Source: Candidatus Woesebacteria bacterium (lineage in GTDB: Bacteria; Patescibacteriota; Saccharimonadia; Saccharimonadales; EFPC-124). From it: 64,000 nucleotides of DNA. The stretch spans positions 71,601 to 135,600 of the forward strand of contig JASFQB010000004.1 of the NCBI GenBank assembly GCA_050115675.1. The letters are read 5' to 3'. Below the pieces are notes generated by a model. The model had not been told where the DNA came from, did not search any database, and was given only the letters and a program-made list of their open reading frames with translations. The position numbers and the translations under genes were made by a program. This document shows, piece by piece, positions 42,436-52,469 of the stretch (positions are counted from its first letter, which is position 1; each line of letters begins with the position of its first letter).

Positions 42436-43365
42436 ATGACAAAAAATGAAGATCTAGAAAAGCAAACCTCCGAAGTCGAGACTTCAGAAGCAAAGACTAC
42501 AGAGACTAAAACCGAGAAAACTACTGCAAAAGCTGGTAAGCGCAGTGAGAAATCTTTAAAAGAAGCTGAAGAAAAAGCAGCAAAAGAAGAGCGCAAAGCT
42601 AGCGGCGACACATCACCACAGTCAGAAGAAGCCGCCTCAACATCACGTGGCCCAGCACCAAAAGTTCGTTCAAAGCTTGAACGACGTGGCAAGGCCTACC
42701 GAAAAGTTGCAGAGCAAGTCGAAACTGGCAAAGCATATGGCGTAAATGACGCTCTTGAGCTAGCAACAAAAACTAGTGTTGGGAGGTTCGACTCTACTGT
42801 TGAAATGCACATAAATCTTGGCGTTGATCCACGACAGGCAGATCAAAACATTCGTGCAACCGTTGCCTTGCCAAATGGCACAGGCAAAAACATTAAAGTT
42901 GCCGTTTTTGCGCCTACAGACCAACACGATGCTGCCAAAAAAGCTGGCGCCGACACTGTTGGCGAAGAAGACTTTTTGGCACAACTAGACAAAGAGCAGT
43001 TAAACTTTGACATCTTGATTTCTACACCTCAGCTTATGCCAAAGCTTGGCAAATACGCTAGATTGCTTGGTCCACGTGGACTAATGCCAAACCCAAAAAG
43101 TGGAACCGTAACTGCTAAAGTTGCAGAAGCAGTTAAAGAGGCAAAAGCTGGTCGCGTAGAATATCGCGTAGACAAGCAAGCTATTGTTCACCTGGGAATT
43201 GGTAAAGTCAGCTTTGGTCAAGAGAAACTTGCAGAAAACGCAAAAGCATTTGTTGAAAGCATTAACAGTGTAAAACCAACTGGACTAAAGGGCGCCTACA
43301 TAAAGAGCGTGACCATCAGCACAACAATGGGCCCAGGGATAAAAGTAGATACATCTAGTCTGTAG
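42436..43365 (+). CDS. rplA: 50S ribosomal protein L1 with an N-terminal K/E/T-rich extension of ~78 aa
   Basis: Core motifs: [33 protein letters not shown] and [19 protein letters not shown] at 42436 follows GAGGAG. Confidence 0.9.
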   Translation: MTKNEDLEKQTSEVETSEAKTTETKTEKTTAKAGKRSEKSLKEAEEKAAKEERKASGDTSPQSEEAASTSRGPAPKVRSKLERRGKAYRKVAEQVETGKAYGVNDALELATKTSVGRFDSTVEMHINLGVDPRQADQNIRATVALPNGTGKNIKVAVFAPTDQHDAAKKAGADTVGEEDFLAQLDKEQLNFDILISTPQLMPKLGKYARLLGPRGLMPNPKSGTVTAKVAEAVKEAKAGRVEYRVDKQAIVHLGIGKVSFGQEKLAENAKAFVESINSVKPTGLKGAYIKSVTISTTMGPGIKVDTSSL

Positions 43366-43393
43366 GGTAACGTAAAAAATAGGAGGTCATGCG

Positions 43394-43660
43394 ATGTTAA
43401 GGGTAGAACACGCAAGCGGCTCAAAAAAAGATGATACGGGCGAATTAGAAGAAGTAATTCGCGAGGCAGAGGCAAATATTTTGCCTCCAGACGCTCGTAA
43501 AATCACCGAAAGACGACTTGGAATGCTAGCTCAGGCAGCAAGTATGGTAGAAAGAATTGACGACGTACTCGGCAATTATGACATACACAAACAGGTTGCC
43601 GAAGCACCAAGGACGCCCCCTCCTAAACATCAAGAAACCCTCGAGCTAATAGACAGCTAG
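43394..43660 (+). CDS. hypothetical protein (88 aa)
   Basis: AGGAGG RBS. No motif recognised. Confidence 0.5.
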   Translation: MLRVEHASGSKKDDTGELEEVIREAEANILPPDARKITERRLGMLAQAASMVERIDDVLGNYDIHKQVAEAPRTPPPKHQETLELIDS

Positions 43661-43705
43661 CAAACAAAGCTCCTAAACAGGGGCTTTGTTTGCTATTATT
43701 AGATT

Positions 43706-44455
43706 ATGATCATAGGAATAGCAGGCGCCATAGGCAGCGGAAAAAGCACGGTGGCAGAAATTTTGGCGCAGCTCGAACCAAAGCACGCAATTTATGAATC
43801 GGGTTTAATAATATCTGAACTGGCTAACGATTTTAACAAAATACTACAAAACGAGCTAAATGACGATACCGATCAAGACATTATAAATCAGACATTAATA
43901 CAATTTGTAGATACAATAAACAGCCAATTAGACGTAAAAGTAACCTGGAATCAGCTAGCAATCACCCCAGAACGCCTTATTGCCAATCCAAAAAATTACG
44001 ACAAAATATTTAAGTATCTAAAACTCATAAAACATGACCCGCAAATATTAACACAAAAAATAACGCCGCAAAATAAACCAACATATCGCATGTTGCTGCA
44101 GTGGATTGGTGGCTATCTAATTGCAATGACAAAGCCAACAATTTGGACAGACGAGATTCTTAGAAGAATTAGCAGATTTGATGATGACAAAAATCTAATA
44201 ATAATCTGCGGCATAAGATACCCCAAAGATGCAGAGATAATAAAGCAAAGTGGCGGAATTATCTTAAAAGTCGAAAGGCCAGGAATTGAATCTGACACAA
44301 CCGACATCACTGAAGAGCAGCAAGGTGACATTAAGCCCAGCACAACATTAGTAAATAATGGCAGCATGAACGATCTTCAGGCAGTATTAGAAAAGGTATG
44401 GTTTGACGCATCTGTAAACAAAACAAAAAACCGATATCAAGCACTGGCGCAATAG
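43706..44455 (+). CDS. dNMP-kinase-like P-loop protein
   Basis: MIIGIAGAIGSGKSTVAEIL (P-loop). LIIICGIRYPKDAEIIKQSGGIILKVERPG resembles deoxynucleotide monophosphate kinases. Confidence 0.55.
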   Translation: MIIGIAGAIGSGKSTVAEILAQLEPKHAIYESGLIISELANDFNKILQNELNDDTDQDIINQTLIQFVDTINSQLDVKVTWNQLAITPERLIANPKNYDKIFKYLKLIKHDPQILTQKITPQNKPTYRMLLQWIGGYLIAMTKPTIWTDEILRRISRFDDDKNLIIICGIRYPKDAEIIKQSGGIILKVERPGIESDTTDITEEQQGDIKPSTTLVNNGSMNDLQAVLEKVWFDASVNKTKNRYQALAQ

Positions 44456-44524
44456 TGTAATAAGCACAACCTCCTTGCCCACAGCACAAAAATCCGTCAC
44501 AATAGTAAAGAGTCAGGAGGAGAG

Positions 44525-45211
44525 ATGGGGGTTTTTAGCAACACCGATATTAAATCGGCCATTAAATCTGGCCAATTGATTTTTTACCCGTACGTCGAAG
44601 ATCATATTAACGGAAGTAGTATAGATGTTACACTTGGCGAATGGTACTACAAAACAGAAAAAAACAATCTTGGAGGTGTTTATAATCCATTTGACCCAAA
44701 GGCAGTCGAACGTTATTTTGATGGACCGCATAAAGCAGAAAATCATAAAGATTGGTGTCAAAAACACGGAAGGGTTTTATTTGAGGGAATTCCAGCTGAC
44801 CACCCAATAATCGTATTGGGACCAGGCGAACGCATCTTAGCCCACACGCATGAATTTATTGGCGTAAAAGGCAACGCCACCAGCACAATGCAAGCACGCA
44901 GCACCTGGGGACGCAATGGAGTAGCAGTTTGCTTAGATGCTGGCTGGGGGGATCCAGGCTATATAAATCGCTGGACCATGGAAATATACAACATGAACAA
45001 ACTAGACTCAGTCGTTTTGCCAGCAGGCGAACGAATTGCCCAAATTGTTTTTTACAATACAGGACCAGTGGATAGCGAATATCACAAATTAAGCGGCAAA
45101 TACCAAGACGCCAAAGCAGACGATCTTAAGGCGGTAATAAAAAACTGGAAACCTCAACAAATGTTACCACGAGCACACATTGACGAACGGAGGAAGCTTA
45201 TTGATGTCTAA
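44525..45211 (+). CDS. dcd: dCTP deaminase/dUTPase-superfamily protein (long form)
   Basis: GSSIDVTLG, ARSTWGRNG, DAGWGDPGY, TMEIYN and a C-terminal GKYQ. Confidence 0.7.
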   Translation: MGVFSNTDIKSAIKSGQLIFYPYVEDHINGSSIDVTLGEWYYKTEKNNLGGVYNPFDPKAVERYFDGPHKAENHKDWCQKHGRVLFEGIPADHPIIVLGPGERILAHTHEFIGVKGNATSTMQARSTWGRNGVAVCLDAGWGDPGYINRWTMEIYNMNKLDSVVLPAGERIAQIVFYNTGPVDSEYHKLSGKYQDAKADDLKAVIKNWKPQQMLPRAHIDERRKLIDV

Positions 45212-45809
45212 ATATATCGTGATTGAAGGCCTAGACGGCACCGGAAAAACTACTCAATTTAACAATACTTTAGACTTTTTGGGCGCAAACACTTTGGGCG
45301 TGCGCGAACCTGGCGGCACGTTAATGGCCGAACAGATTCGCACCCTGCTTAAAAGCAAAGACTTGCCGCGTTCGGCACATACAAATATGTTTTTGTTTTC
45401 GGCTGCACGCACAGATTTAATTGACTCAGTAATAAGACCAGCAATTAAAGATGACAAACGAGTAGTAAGTGATCGCTGCTGGCTTTCTACGGTTGCATAT
45501 CAAGCTGCAGAAGGCGCAGATGTTAACCACATAGTCAACCTTAGCAAAATTGCAACGGGCGAGTTGTTTGAGCCAGATTTGCTAATTTTGATAGATCTAG
45601 ACCCAGAAGTTTGTCGCCAGCGGCTTGATGGCCGCGGCGGCAGCGAAGCAGACTTTTTTGACAGCAAAGGGCTAGACTATTTTAAGCGCGTGCGACACGA
45701 GTATCTTAATCAGGCAAAACAGCTAAAAAACGCACACATCGTAGACGGCAAGCCATCACAAGACAATGTTTGGAAACAAATAAAAGACATACTAAAGGAG
45801 AGCGTGTGA
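45204..45809 (+). CDS. tmk: thymidylate kinase
   Basis: MSKYIVIEGLDGTGKTTQ and DRCWLSTVAYQ. GGAGGAAG RBS. Overlaps dcd by 8 nt. Confidence 0.85.
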   Translation: MSKYIVIEGLDGTGKTTQFNNTLDFLGANTLGVREPGGTLMAEQIRTLLKSKDLPRSAHTNMFLFSAARTDLIDSVIRPAIKDDKRVVSDRCWLSTVAYQAAEGADVNHIVNLSKIATGELFEPDLLILIDLDPEVCRQRLDGRGGSEADFFDSKGLDYFKRVRHEYLNQAKQLKNAHIVDGKPSQDNVWKQIKDILKESV

Positions 45810-47422
45810 AAAACCAAAACCCATACATAAAACAAAATGAAGACGGAAGTTTTGAAGTTACCGCAGAAGGCCAAGATTACCTAGCTCAATCCGTTACCAA
45901 TACAAGCGGCAGTGTTTACAGCTTTTTAGACAAATTTAGCCCAACAATTATCGCGGCAGCCATGGCACGACTTAGCCGTTTTGGCGGCGACATGCGCGAG
46001 CTTATATTGAAAGAATTTGCTAACCAAGAAGGTCAGGACGAGGCGCTATTAAGACGCGTACTGACTCAATTTGGCGACGATTCTGTGCAGCAACTTAGCT
46101 CGGTACCAGTGGTGGTAGAAAACGCCAGCAACTTACTGACAAAACAACTAGAGTGGGGAAGATTAGCAGCTTACCTCGAGCAGTCAACAAGATACATTTA
46201 TTACGACGAAAAAAAGAACGATCAGTACAGATACTACACGCCAAATAATCTTCCAAAAAAACTCGCATCCGACTACAAAAAAGTGATGGACCAAATATTT
46301 GACAATTACTCGCAAATTGTACGCAAAATGACCGAGTATTATCATAAAATTGACGACACCCCAAAAGAAGAGCGTGACGTCGCCTGGAGAATAGCCATGC
46401 GCGGCAAGGCCTGCGATGCCGCCAGAGGTCTTTTGCCCGCAGCCACAACATCAACGGTTGGAATCGTAGGCTCTGGTCAAGCGATAGACAACCTAATAAT
46501 GAACCTACTAAGTCAAGATTTACCAGAGGCGCAAGAAGTAGGAAAACAAATCCTACAAGAAGTTCGTAAACAACACGGTATATTTTTTGAGCGAACAGAC
46601 ATGCCAAATCGTGGCGGCGCAACTGTAGAACACAAACGAAAAACCCGCGCATTAACCAAACATGTCGCCACAAGCAACTTCGGTCGGGCAATTAGCAGCT
46701 ACGACAACGTACCAGTTAAGCTTTTGGACTACACACCAAAAGACGAGTACGAGTTAATTGCTCACATGCTATACCCGCACACATCACTTAGCTTTGACGA
46801 AATAAAAGACGAGGTAAAAAGCTGGGACAAAGCCAAAAAAGCAGCCGCATTTGATGTTTACGTTGGCGAACGCAGCAACAGAAGACATAAACCGGGTCGT
46901 GCACTTGAAGTAGCGCATTATACCTTTGAACTTGTCTGCGATTACGGAATATTTCGCGACTTACAGCGCCATCGAATGGTAGACGCACTAGAGTGGCAAC
47001 TACTTAGTCCAAACTTGAGCTATGAAGTACCGCAGCCTATAATCGATGCAAAACTTGACGACTTATACAATAAAACCCTACAGATATCCGAGAGTCTGTA
47101 CAAAAAACTCAACAAAGCAGGCTTTTTACTTGAAGCACAATACGCCACACTTTTTTGCAACAGAATGCGCTGGAAACTAACCATAAACGCTCGCGCAGCG
47201 TTTCACCTCATAGAACTACGCACTCAACCCGCTGGACACATCGGTTACCGCAAGCTAGCAAAACAAATGCACGACGAAATAGCCAAAGTACATCCGCACC
47301 TAGCCGAAGCCATGCTATTTGTTAACCGCGAGGCAGATGACCCAACAAAAAGCAGACTAGAGCAAGCCAGGCATGCACAAAGAAAGCTACAAGCACTTGG
47401 CCTTGAAGGTTTAATAGAATAA
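45806..47422 (+). CDS. thyX: flavin-dependent thymidylate synthase ThyX-like, double-length form
   Basis: FRDLQRHRMVD (RHR motif) in the C-terminal half and EQSTRY in the N-terminal half. GTG at 45806 follows AAAGGAGAG and overlaps the tmk stop. The track start at ATG 45770 is an alternative. Confidence 0.7.
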   Translation: MKNQNPYIKQNEDGSFEVTAEGQDYLAQSVTNTSGSVYSFLDKFSPTIIAAAMARLSRFGGDMRELILKEFANQEGQDEALLRRVLTQFGDDSVQQLSSVPVVVENASNLLTKQLEWGRLAAYLEQSTRYIYYDEKKNDQYRYYTPNNLPKKLASDYKKVMDQIFDNYSQIVRKMTEYYHKIDDTPKEERDVAWRIAMRGKACDAARGLLPAATTSTVGIVGSGQAIDNLIMNLLSQDLPEAQEVGKQILQEVRKQHGIFFERTDMPNRGGATVEHKRKTRALTKHVATSNFGRAISSYDNVPVKLLDYTPKDEYELIAHMLYPHTSLSFDEIKDEVKSWDKAKKAAAFDVYVGERSNRRHKPGRALEVAHYTFELVCDYGIFRDLQRHRMVDALEWQLLSPNLSYEVPQPIIDAKLDDLYNKTLQISESLYKKLNKAGFLLEAQYATLFCNRMRWKLTINARAAFHLIELRTQPAGHIGYRKLAKQMHDEIAKVHPHLAEAMLFVNREADDPTKSRLEQARHAQRKLQALGLEGLIE

Positions 47423-47506
47423 TACAAATTAAAGTAGGGGTGTTCGTGTAAAAAATACACGAACACCCCCTTTTGCCCACCTTACCAACCAAATATCATA
47501 TGCCCA

Positions 47507-48376
47507 TTAGAAAAAAGGGCGCCAAGCATTTAGCCCAGCATAAAATGTTGCGATCGGAAATTCGCTGCCGCGCTGCGTAAACCAACCGATAAAAGGCCGA
47601 TCAATGCGCAAAGGTAGGGGCCTCGGACCTCCACCTCTTGTCGTTGCCAACCCAGAAGCCACGCGAACTTCAGCTCCAACCTCATCCATCGTCAGCTTAA
47701 AAATCTGAAAGGCCTGGTCGATGACATGGTCGCCAGAACGCATACCAAGCATCCAGGGCAGTTGCAAAGCCTTGTCAATATCAACGCATGGAACCTCTAC
47801 AGACGGGAAAAATTCAGTACTCCGTCGTCGCAAGCGCATAGATCGCATGGCAACATCGACCATATCCAGGCAGTTGCCTGGCCTGTCCGCAATAAGCAGC
47901 CAAACAGAGCTACCATCTTGAGCCAGCAATCTGACAAGCCTACCAGCATCACTGTCAAAAACCTCAAAACCATCAGGCAATAGAGAGAAGGCCTGATACG
48001 AGGCTCTGTTGTCGCTGGTAAGCGTAATGACTGACCTACTGGCCTTAGCAGCCCACTTCAGCATCATCTCAAGGATTGCAACAGCACCAACGCCCCCACG
48101 CTCCAGCCTGCGAAACATTGGAGTAAATCCGTTGTCTGTCAAAAACTGATTAAGCACATCGGCATCACCAGAGGCTAGCGATCGAAGACCAGAAAGCTCT
48201 TTAACAGCACGGAGATGCGATGAATACAGCCTCAGAAAACGTCTCTGCATGGCACCATTTCCGTCACCAGGAAGAGCAGTCCAAGGCACACCAGTATTGG
48301 CGATAGCGTCCAGTTCGGCAAAGGCCTTCGTCAATGTAGCCAAATCGAAAACATCAACGTTGGTCGGATAACGCAT
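47507..48376 (-). CDS. hypothetical protein with serpin-like C-terminal region
   Basis: MDEVGAEVRVASGLATTRGG...LRIDRPFIGWF resembles the serpin hinge/RCL and the xDRPFLF strand. At 289 aa it is short for a serpin. The gene is GC-richer. Confidence 0.35.
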   Translation of the reverse strand: MRYPTNVDVFDLATLTKAFAELDAIANTGVPWTALPGDGNGAMQRRFLRLYSSHLRAVKELSGLRSLASGDADVLNQFLTDNGFTPMFRRLERGGVGAVAILEMMLKWAAKASRSVITLTSDNRASYQAFSLLPDGFEVFDSDAGRLVRLLAQDGSSVWLLIADRPGNCLDMVDVAMRSMRLRRRSTEFFPSVEVPCVDIDKALQLPWMLGMRSGDHVIDQAFQIFKLTMDEVGAEVRVASGLATTRGGGPRPLPLRIDRPFIGWFTQRGSEFPIATFYAGLNAWRPFF

Positions 48377-48513
48377 TTTTTCTCCATTCGGACATTAGGT
48401 GCAAAACTACGCCATGATAGCAGAATATACACTTCATGTCAAATATGTTTGATAAATAATATAAATATGGTATAATAAAATCGGGATTGTCGCTACCAAG
48501 CCTGGAGGTAAAT

Positions 48514-48867
48514 ATGGTTGTTATGACGTTATCTCACGTCCGGTCCGCAATACTATCAAAGAGGGGAGTCAAAGCCAGAATCTTTGACGCAAGCAAGAGT
48601 GCACACATCAGCCAAACACAAGCAAAAGTGCGCATAGCGCTCTATACAGCATGCTCACTTGTATGCACCGTAGCAGCAATAATGATGCTTATAGTAGCAG
48701 CGGTAATGCCAGCAGTCGAATGGGGCTACTGCGTTCTCAACTACAAGGAGTACACATATCCGACCAACTCGATTACCCTGTTCATTGCAGCGATACTACT
48801 ACTAGCAATGACTGCGCCCATGCTTTCAAAGGCAACAAAGTACTCCAGGCTAACCAACGAGGACTAA
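48514..48867 (+). CDS. small membrane protein (117 aa)
   Basis: Start chosen at MVVMTLSH after GGAGG. Two hydrophobic helices. Confidence 0.5.
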   Translation: MVVMTLSHVRSAILSKRGVKARIFDASKSAHISQTQAKVRIALYTACSLVCTVAAIMMLIVAAVMPAVEWGYCVLNYKEYTYPTNSITLFIAAILLLAMTAPMLSKATKYSRLTNED

Positions 48868-48897
48868 TGCTCTAGTTTTTTGGCAATCCTAAAGCAT

Positions 48898-48938
48898 GCA
48901 GCCTGCCGCACCAAGCAGCCAAAGGTGCGGCAGGCTGC
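48898..48938 (+). terminator. 15-bp perfect hairpin (terminator-like, no U-tract)
   Basis: GCAGCCTGCCGCACC/GGTGCGGCAGGCTGC with an 11-nt loop. Confidence 0.45.
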
Positions 48939-49025
48939 CGATTGGTCTCAGAGGTGGTTTCGATCATAAATTGACAAAATCTTATTTTTATAGTAAAATT
49001 AAATAATTCGCCCCTACCAAGAAAG

Positions 49026-49703
49026 GTGAGCACCTTGCATCTGGTGTACACTGTAGATTACTGCAATGCTCGCGTTACAAACAGAGCTCTTACCGAATTT
49101 GGCCAGATTGAGTTTATTAGCAAAGCATGGGCTAATTCATCAGACTGGAGGAGCGACAGAGTTCCCGTTGACGTTTTTATGCTGGAGTTTGAAGAAAGTA
49201 ACCTCAAGCTCACAACAAAAGTTCGATACCTGCTTGACGAGTGGGGGTTTGACAAAAAGCGCAACATTGCCGAGATCCTTGGCACAGACTGTCCGCAGAT
49301 TCAGCACATGCTGGGCACTCCAGACCCAAGGACGCCAAGCTTGACTTGGTGCGTAAGCCGTTTCAAAGAATATTTCCCAAACGACTGGGACAACTTCTGG
49401 ACAGCGGTTGGTCAGTGCGCGGTTGTTTCGCAGGACTTTCTTTCTTTTATGGAGTCAAAGGGAGCGGTCACGCCAGAGCAAGTCCAAGCTGGATATGCGC
49501 ATGTCCACATAGTCTACTTTGGCGACCCAAGAAGCGGATCACCAACGTTAGGAGGGCCAGAGTATCACGCAACCGTACACGTTGGTGGTATTAGCGTCGA
49601 CTGGACGCACCGCCAATACAAAAGCGATGTTCCCGTGCCGTACATTCGGCGCGTGCGCGACCTTCCACCACACATGCGATACTGCAGAATATGTCAACCA
49701 TAG
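49026..49703 (+). CDS. hypothetical protein (225 aa), GC-richer
   Basis: Track ORF with GTG start. No motif recognised. Confidence 0.5.
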   Translation: MSTLHLVYTVDYCNARVTNRALTEFGQIEFISKAWANSSDWRSDRVPVDVFMLEFEESNLKLTTKVRYLLDEWGFDKKRNIAEILGTDCPQIQHMLGTPDPRTPSLTWCVSRFKEYFPNDWDNFWTAVGQCAVVSQDFLSFMESKGAVTPEQVQAGYAHVHIVYFGDPRSGSPTLGGPEYHATVHVGGISVDWTHRQYKSDVPVPYIRRVRDLPPHMRYCRICQP

Positions 49704-49738
49704 CCCCTGGGCCTCCGCCCGGGGGCCGTTTATTCTTT
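49703..49738 (+). terminator. intrinsic terminator
   Basis: GCCCCTGGGC-ctcc-GCCCGGGGGC followed by CGTTTATTCTTT. Confidence 0.6.
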
Positions 49739-49949
49739 AGACTTGACAATCTTTTAACCAAATACTATAAATATATAAGTAATGAACACAAGCGCAAATC
49801 AAATTATTGTATGCTTTATGCAAAGACTCTTCAACAAGAGTCGGCTTGGTTTGCGATAAGAATTTAATAAAATATAAAATGCCAAAATGCCAGCAACCGA
49901 GCCGCAGCTCGGTTTTTCAATCTATGTCATATTTGCAGAAAGCTCCAAC

Positions 49950-51038
49950 ATGAAAGACATACTAAAAACCTTAGTAGAAATACCAACCGTAAGTAACAAC
50001 GCAAAAGCAAACAAACAAGCTCTAGATTATATTGCTAATTTTTTAAGTGCTCGTGGAATGTTTGTTGCAGAGCACAACTTTAACGGATATGGATCTATCG
50101 TAGCCACAACTCAAAACACAAAAACACCAACCCTAATGCTGTCTGGCCACGTCGACGTAGTAGATGCTGATCCGCAATTATTTAAATTAGTCCAAAAAGG
50201 TGGCTATTTTTACGGACGCGGAGTAATAGATATGAAATTTGGCATAACAGCATTTTTGCAACTTGTAGACGACCTTAAAGACAACCTTAAAAAGTACGAT
50301 TTTGGCATCATGATAACCTCCGACGAAGAAATTGGCGGCCAAAACGGTACAAAAAAACTACTTGAAGAAGGCTATGTTCCACAAGCCTGCCTTGTGCCGG
50401 ACGGAGGAAAAAACTGGGCCATAGAAAGGTTTGCCAAAGGAATAACTTGGTTTACCATAGCAATGCCAGGCAAAAGCACCCACAGCTCACGCCCTTGGGA
50501 TGGTGAAAACGCCCTAGACAAGCTCTTGCCACTACTTGCCGAGATTAAAAAATTACTGCCCAAAGACTCCCCAGGTGCAAGCACTTTGGCATTATGCCAG
50601 CTGCATGCTGGCCAAGCAACTAACCAGGTTCCAGATAAGGCCGAGGCAAGATTAGATGGCAGGTTTATAAGCCTACAAGATCAGCAGTCCACCAAAAATA
50701 AAATTGCTGCATTGTGCAAAAAATATGGCGCCACATTAAAAACACCAATAGACGACCCGTATTACCAAAATGACCTATCTAGCAAGTACATCAAGACCTA
50801 TATAAACGTTGCTCAAAAAACGCTTGGCTATAAAATTGACACAATGGAGGCGCAAGGCGCAAGCGACGCCCGTTATTTTGGCAAGCTAGGCATACCCTGC
50901 ATTGTGACATATCCTCCAGGGGGAGATTACCACTCACCAAACGAACACTTGCACGTAGAGGGTTTTTATCAATTTTACGACGTCTTAAAAAACTACGTAA
51001 ACAAAGTGGCAAAAAACCTAGACAAAAACAGCATCTAG
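49950..51038 (+). CDS. M20-family metallopeptidase (ArgE/DapE-like)
   Basis: Start chosen at MKDILKTLVEIPTVS. Motifs SGHVDVV, GRGVIDMK and TSDEEIGG. Confidence 0.8.
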   Translation: MKDILKTLVEIPTVSNNAKANKQALDYIANFLSARGMFVAEHNFNGYGSIVATTQNTKTPTLMLSGHVDVVDADPQLFKLVQKGGYFYGRGVIDMKFGITAFLQLVDDLKDNLKKYDFGIMITSDEEIGGQNGTKKLLEEGYVPQACLVPDGGKNWAIERFAKGITWFTIAMPGKSTHSSRPWDGENALDKLLPLLAEIKKLLPKDSPGASTLALCQLHAGQATNQVPDKAEARLDGRFISLQDQQSTKNKIAALCKKYGATLKTPIDDPYYQNDLSSKYIKTYINVAQKTLGYKIDTMEAQGASDARYFGKLGIPCIVTYPPGGDYHSPNEHLHVEGFYQFYDVLKNYVNKVAKNLDKNSI

Positions 51039-51144
51039 ACAATCTACTGCACCAGACAGCACAACCGCCACTTATGAACCTGGGCTTGCAAGTAGCATAA
51101 ATATTTCATACATCAATGCAATATCAAGTATGCACAGTCGATGT

Positions 51145-51174
51145 TTGACAAATATTAATATATATATATATAAT
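51145..51174 (+). promoter_or_regulatory. promoter of the small basic-protein cassette
   Basis: TTGACA, an 18-nt (TA)n-rich spacer, TATAAT. Confidence 0.55.
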
Positions 51175-51254
51175 TACTTCTGACTAGGCAACCGTCTAGG
51201 TACGTTGTGTGACAATGTTTTGTTGTCACTCTCACCTTGAAAGAGGTAACCAAA

Positions 51255-51419
51255 ATGGCTCGTGGTAAAGGTGGCAAGGGCGGCCTTGGCTGGACCTTTC
51301 TGAGCAGCGGAAAGAAAACAACCAAGCGCAAGGGATCTTCGCTGTCGAAGCGTCAGACCTCCACCAAGGTGCATAACAGCAAGGGCAAGCCCAGCCACGG
51401 TAAGGGCAAGAGGTTCTGA
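51255..51419 (+). CDS. small lysine/glycine-rich basic protein (54 aa)
   Basis: MARGKGGKGGLGW...KGKPSHGKGKRF. AAGAGG RBS. GC-richer than flanks. Confidence 0.45.
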   Translation: MARGKGGKGGLGWTFLSSGKKTTKRKGSSLSKRQTSTKVHNSKGKPSHGKGKRF

Positions 51420-51435
51420 CTACAAGCCTATCTTT

Positions 51436-51464
51436 GCGCCTGTGTTATCGGACAACACAGGCGC
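51436..51464 (+). terminator. hairpin after the small basic-protein gene
   Basis: Perfect 11-bp stem GCGCCTGTGTT/AACACAGGCGC. Confidence 0.5.
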
Positions 51465-51503
51465 AATATATTCTGAAGTACATCAAAGAGTATAATCATC
51501 AAC

Positions 51504-52451
51504 ATGAGACTAACAATTATTAAAGAATGTAACGCTCCACGCATCGCGCAGCTTTATTGTTACATGTACAGCATTGAGTTAACTCATTTTTTAAAGCGAC
51601 TTAGACTTTTAAGCTATCTAGATTACCACGTTGAAGGCACCACTCACGACAACGGTCTTATTCGAATATCAGCGATACTTACTAGCAACAGAGCCATCAA
51701 ACTAAAGCCAAATATACAAACTATCAACTTAAAAATTAACGAAGAGTCAATTAACATCGGTATACAGCAGGTTGTTGCCGAAAATAAACAGATGGTAGAT
51801 GGCAAGATTGATATCATCAAGCAAGATCTTGCGACACTGCATAACAAACCGTGGAGTACTATAAACAACTGTGGCGTCATTGGCCTCAAGAGCATAAGAC
51901 ATAACTATAAATCGCTTTGGATGGTTGATAAACCAAAAGCCGACCTTAAAAAATTATTTTGCGAGCTAAGCCTAAATAACACTCCACACAACAAGCTATT
52001 GCCAGTATTTTATGTAATATGCAACGTTTTGCATGCAAATACAGAAGATGCGTTGGCCGAACAACACGGATATTATATACAAGATGAAAAAATTTGCTAC
52101 AGCAAAAAAGTTGCCAAACACACAAACGTCCTTGTGGCTTCAGATCGGATAATCCCATCCTTGACGAACGAGTTAGAAATTTGCAAGCAAACAATCCGCG
52201 AGATTTTAGACTTTGGCATGGTAGCTCGTACAATAGAAAAGCTACAAAATATTAATTATAACAGTTCAGAATTTAGTGAGATGTCACTATTTGAAGCAAC
52301 TGGTATAGTTGTTGGCCAGGTTGGCTGGCGCGAACTTGCAACCGAGAAAAATATTCAAGAAACCCTAGGTCAGATAAGCCTAAACTTAACTTATGGCAAG
52401 CAGAAGCTAAAATTTAGACTTGCTGACATATCTAGTAGAAGTTGCAATTAA
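51504..52451 (+). CDS. hypothetical protein (315 aa), AT-rich
   Basis: Track ORF. No motif recognised. Confidence 0.5.
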   Translation: MRLTIIKECNAPRIAQLYCYMYSIELTHFLKRLRLLSYLDYHVEGTTHDNGLIRISAILTSNRAIKLKPNIQTINLKINEESINIGIQQVVAENKQMVDGKIDIIKQDLATLHNKPWSTINNCGVIGLKSIRHNYKSLWMVDKPKADLKKLFCELSLNNTPHNKLLPVFYVICNVLHANTEDALAEQHGYYIQDEKICYSKKVAKHTNVLVASDRIIPSLTNELEICKQTIREILDFGMVARTIEKLQNINYNSSEFSEMSLFEATGIVVGQVGWRELATEKNIQETLGQISLNLTYGKQKLKFRLADISSRSCN

Positions 52452-52469
52452 GAAAATAGCTCGAGCACA

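Noticed and set aside
46095-46691. 198-aa minus-strand ORF inside thyX.
   Set aside because: It is antisense to a motif-bearing gene. Its product is Arg/Leu/Cys-rich junk-like sequence.
51151-51174. (TA)n microsatellite-like run.
   Set aside because: It is only ~10 units long and forms the spacer and -10 of a promoter. There is no evidence of a larger repeat array.
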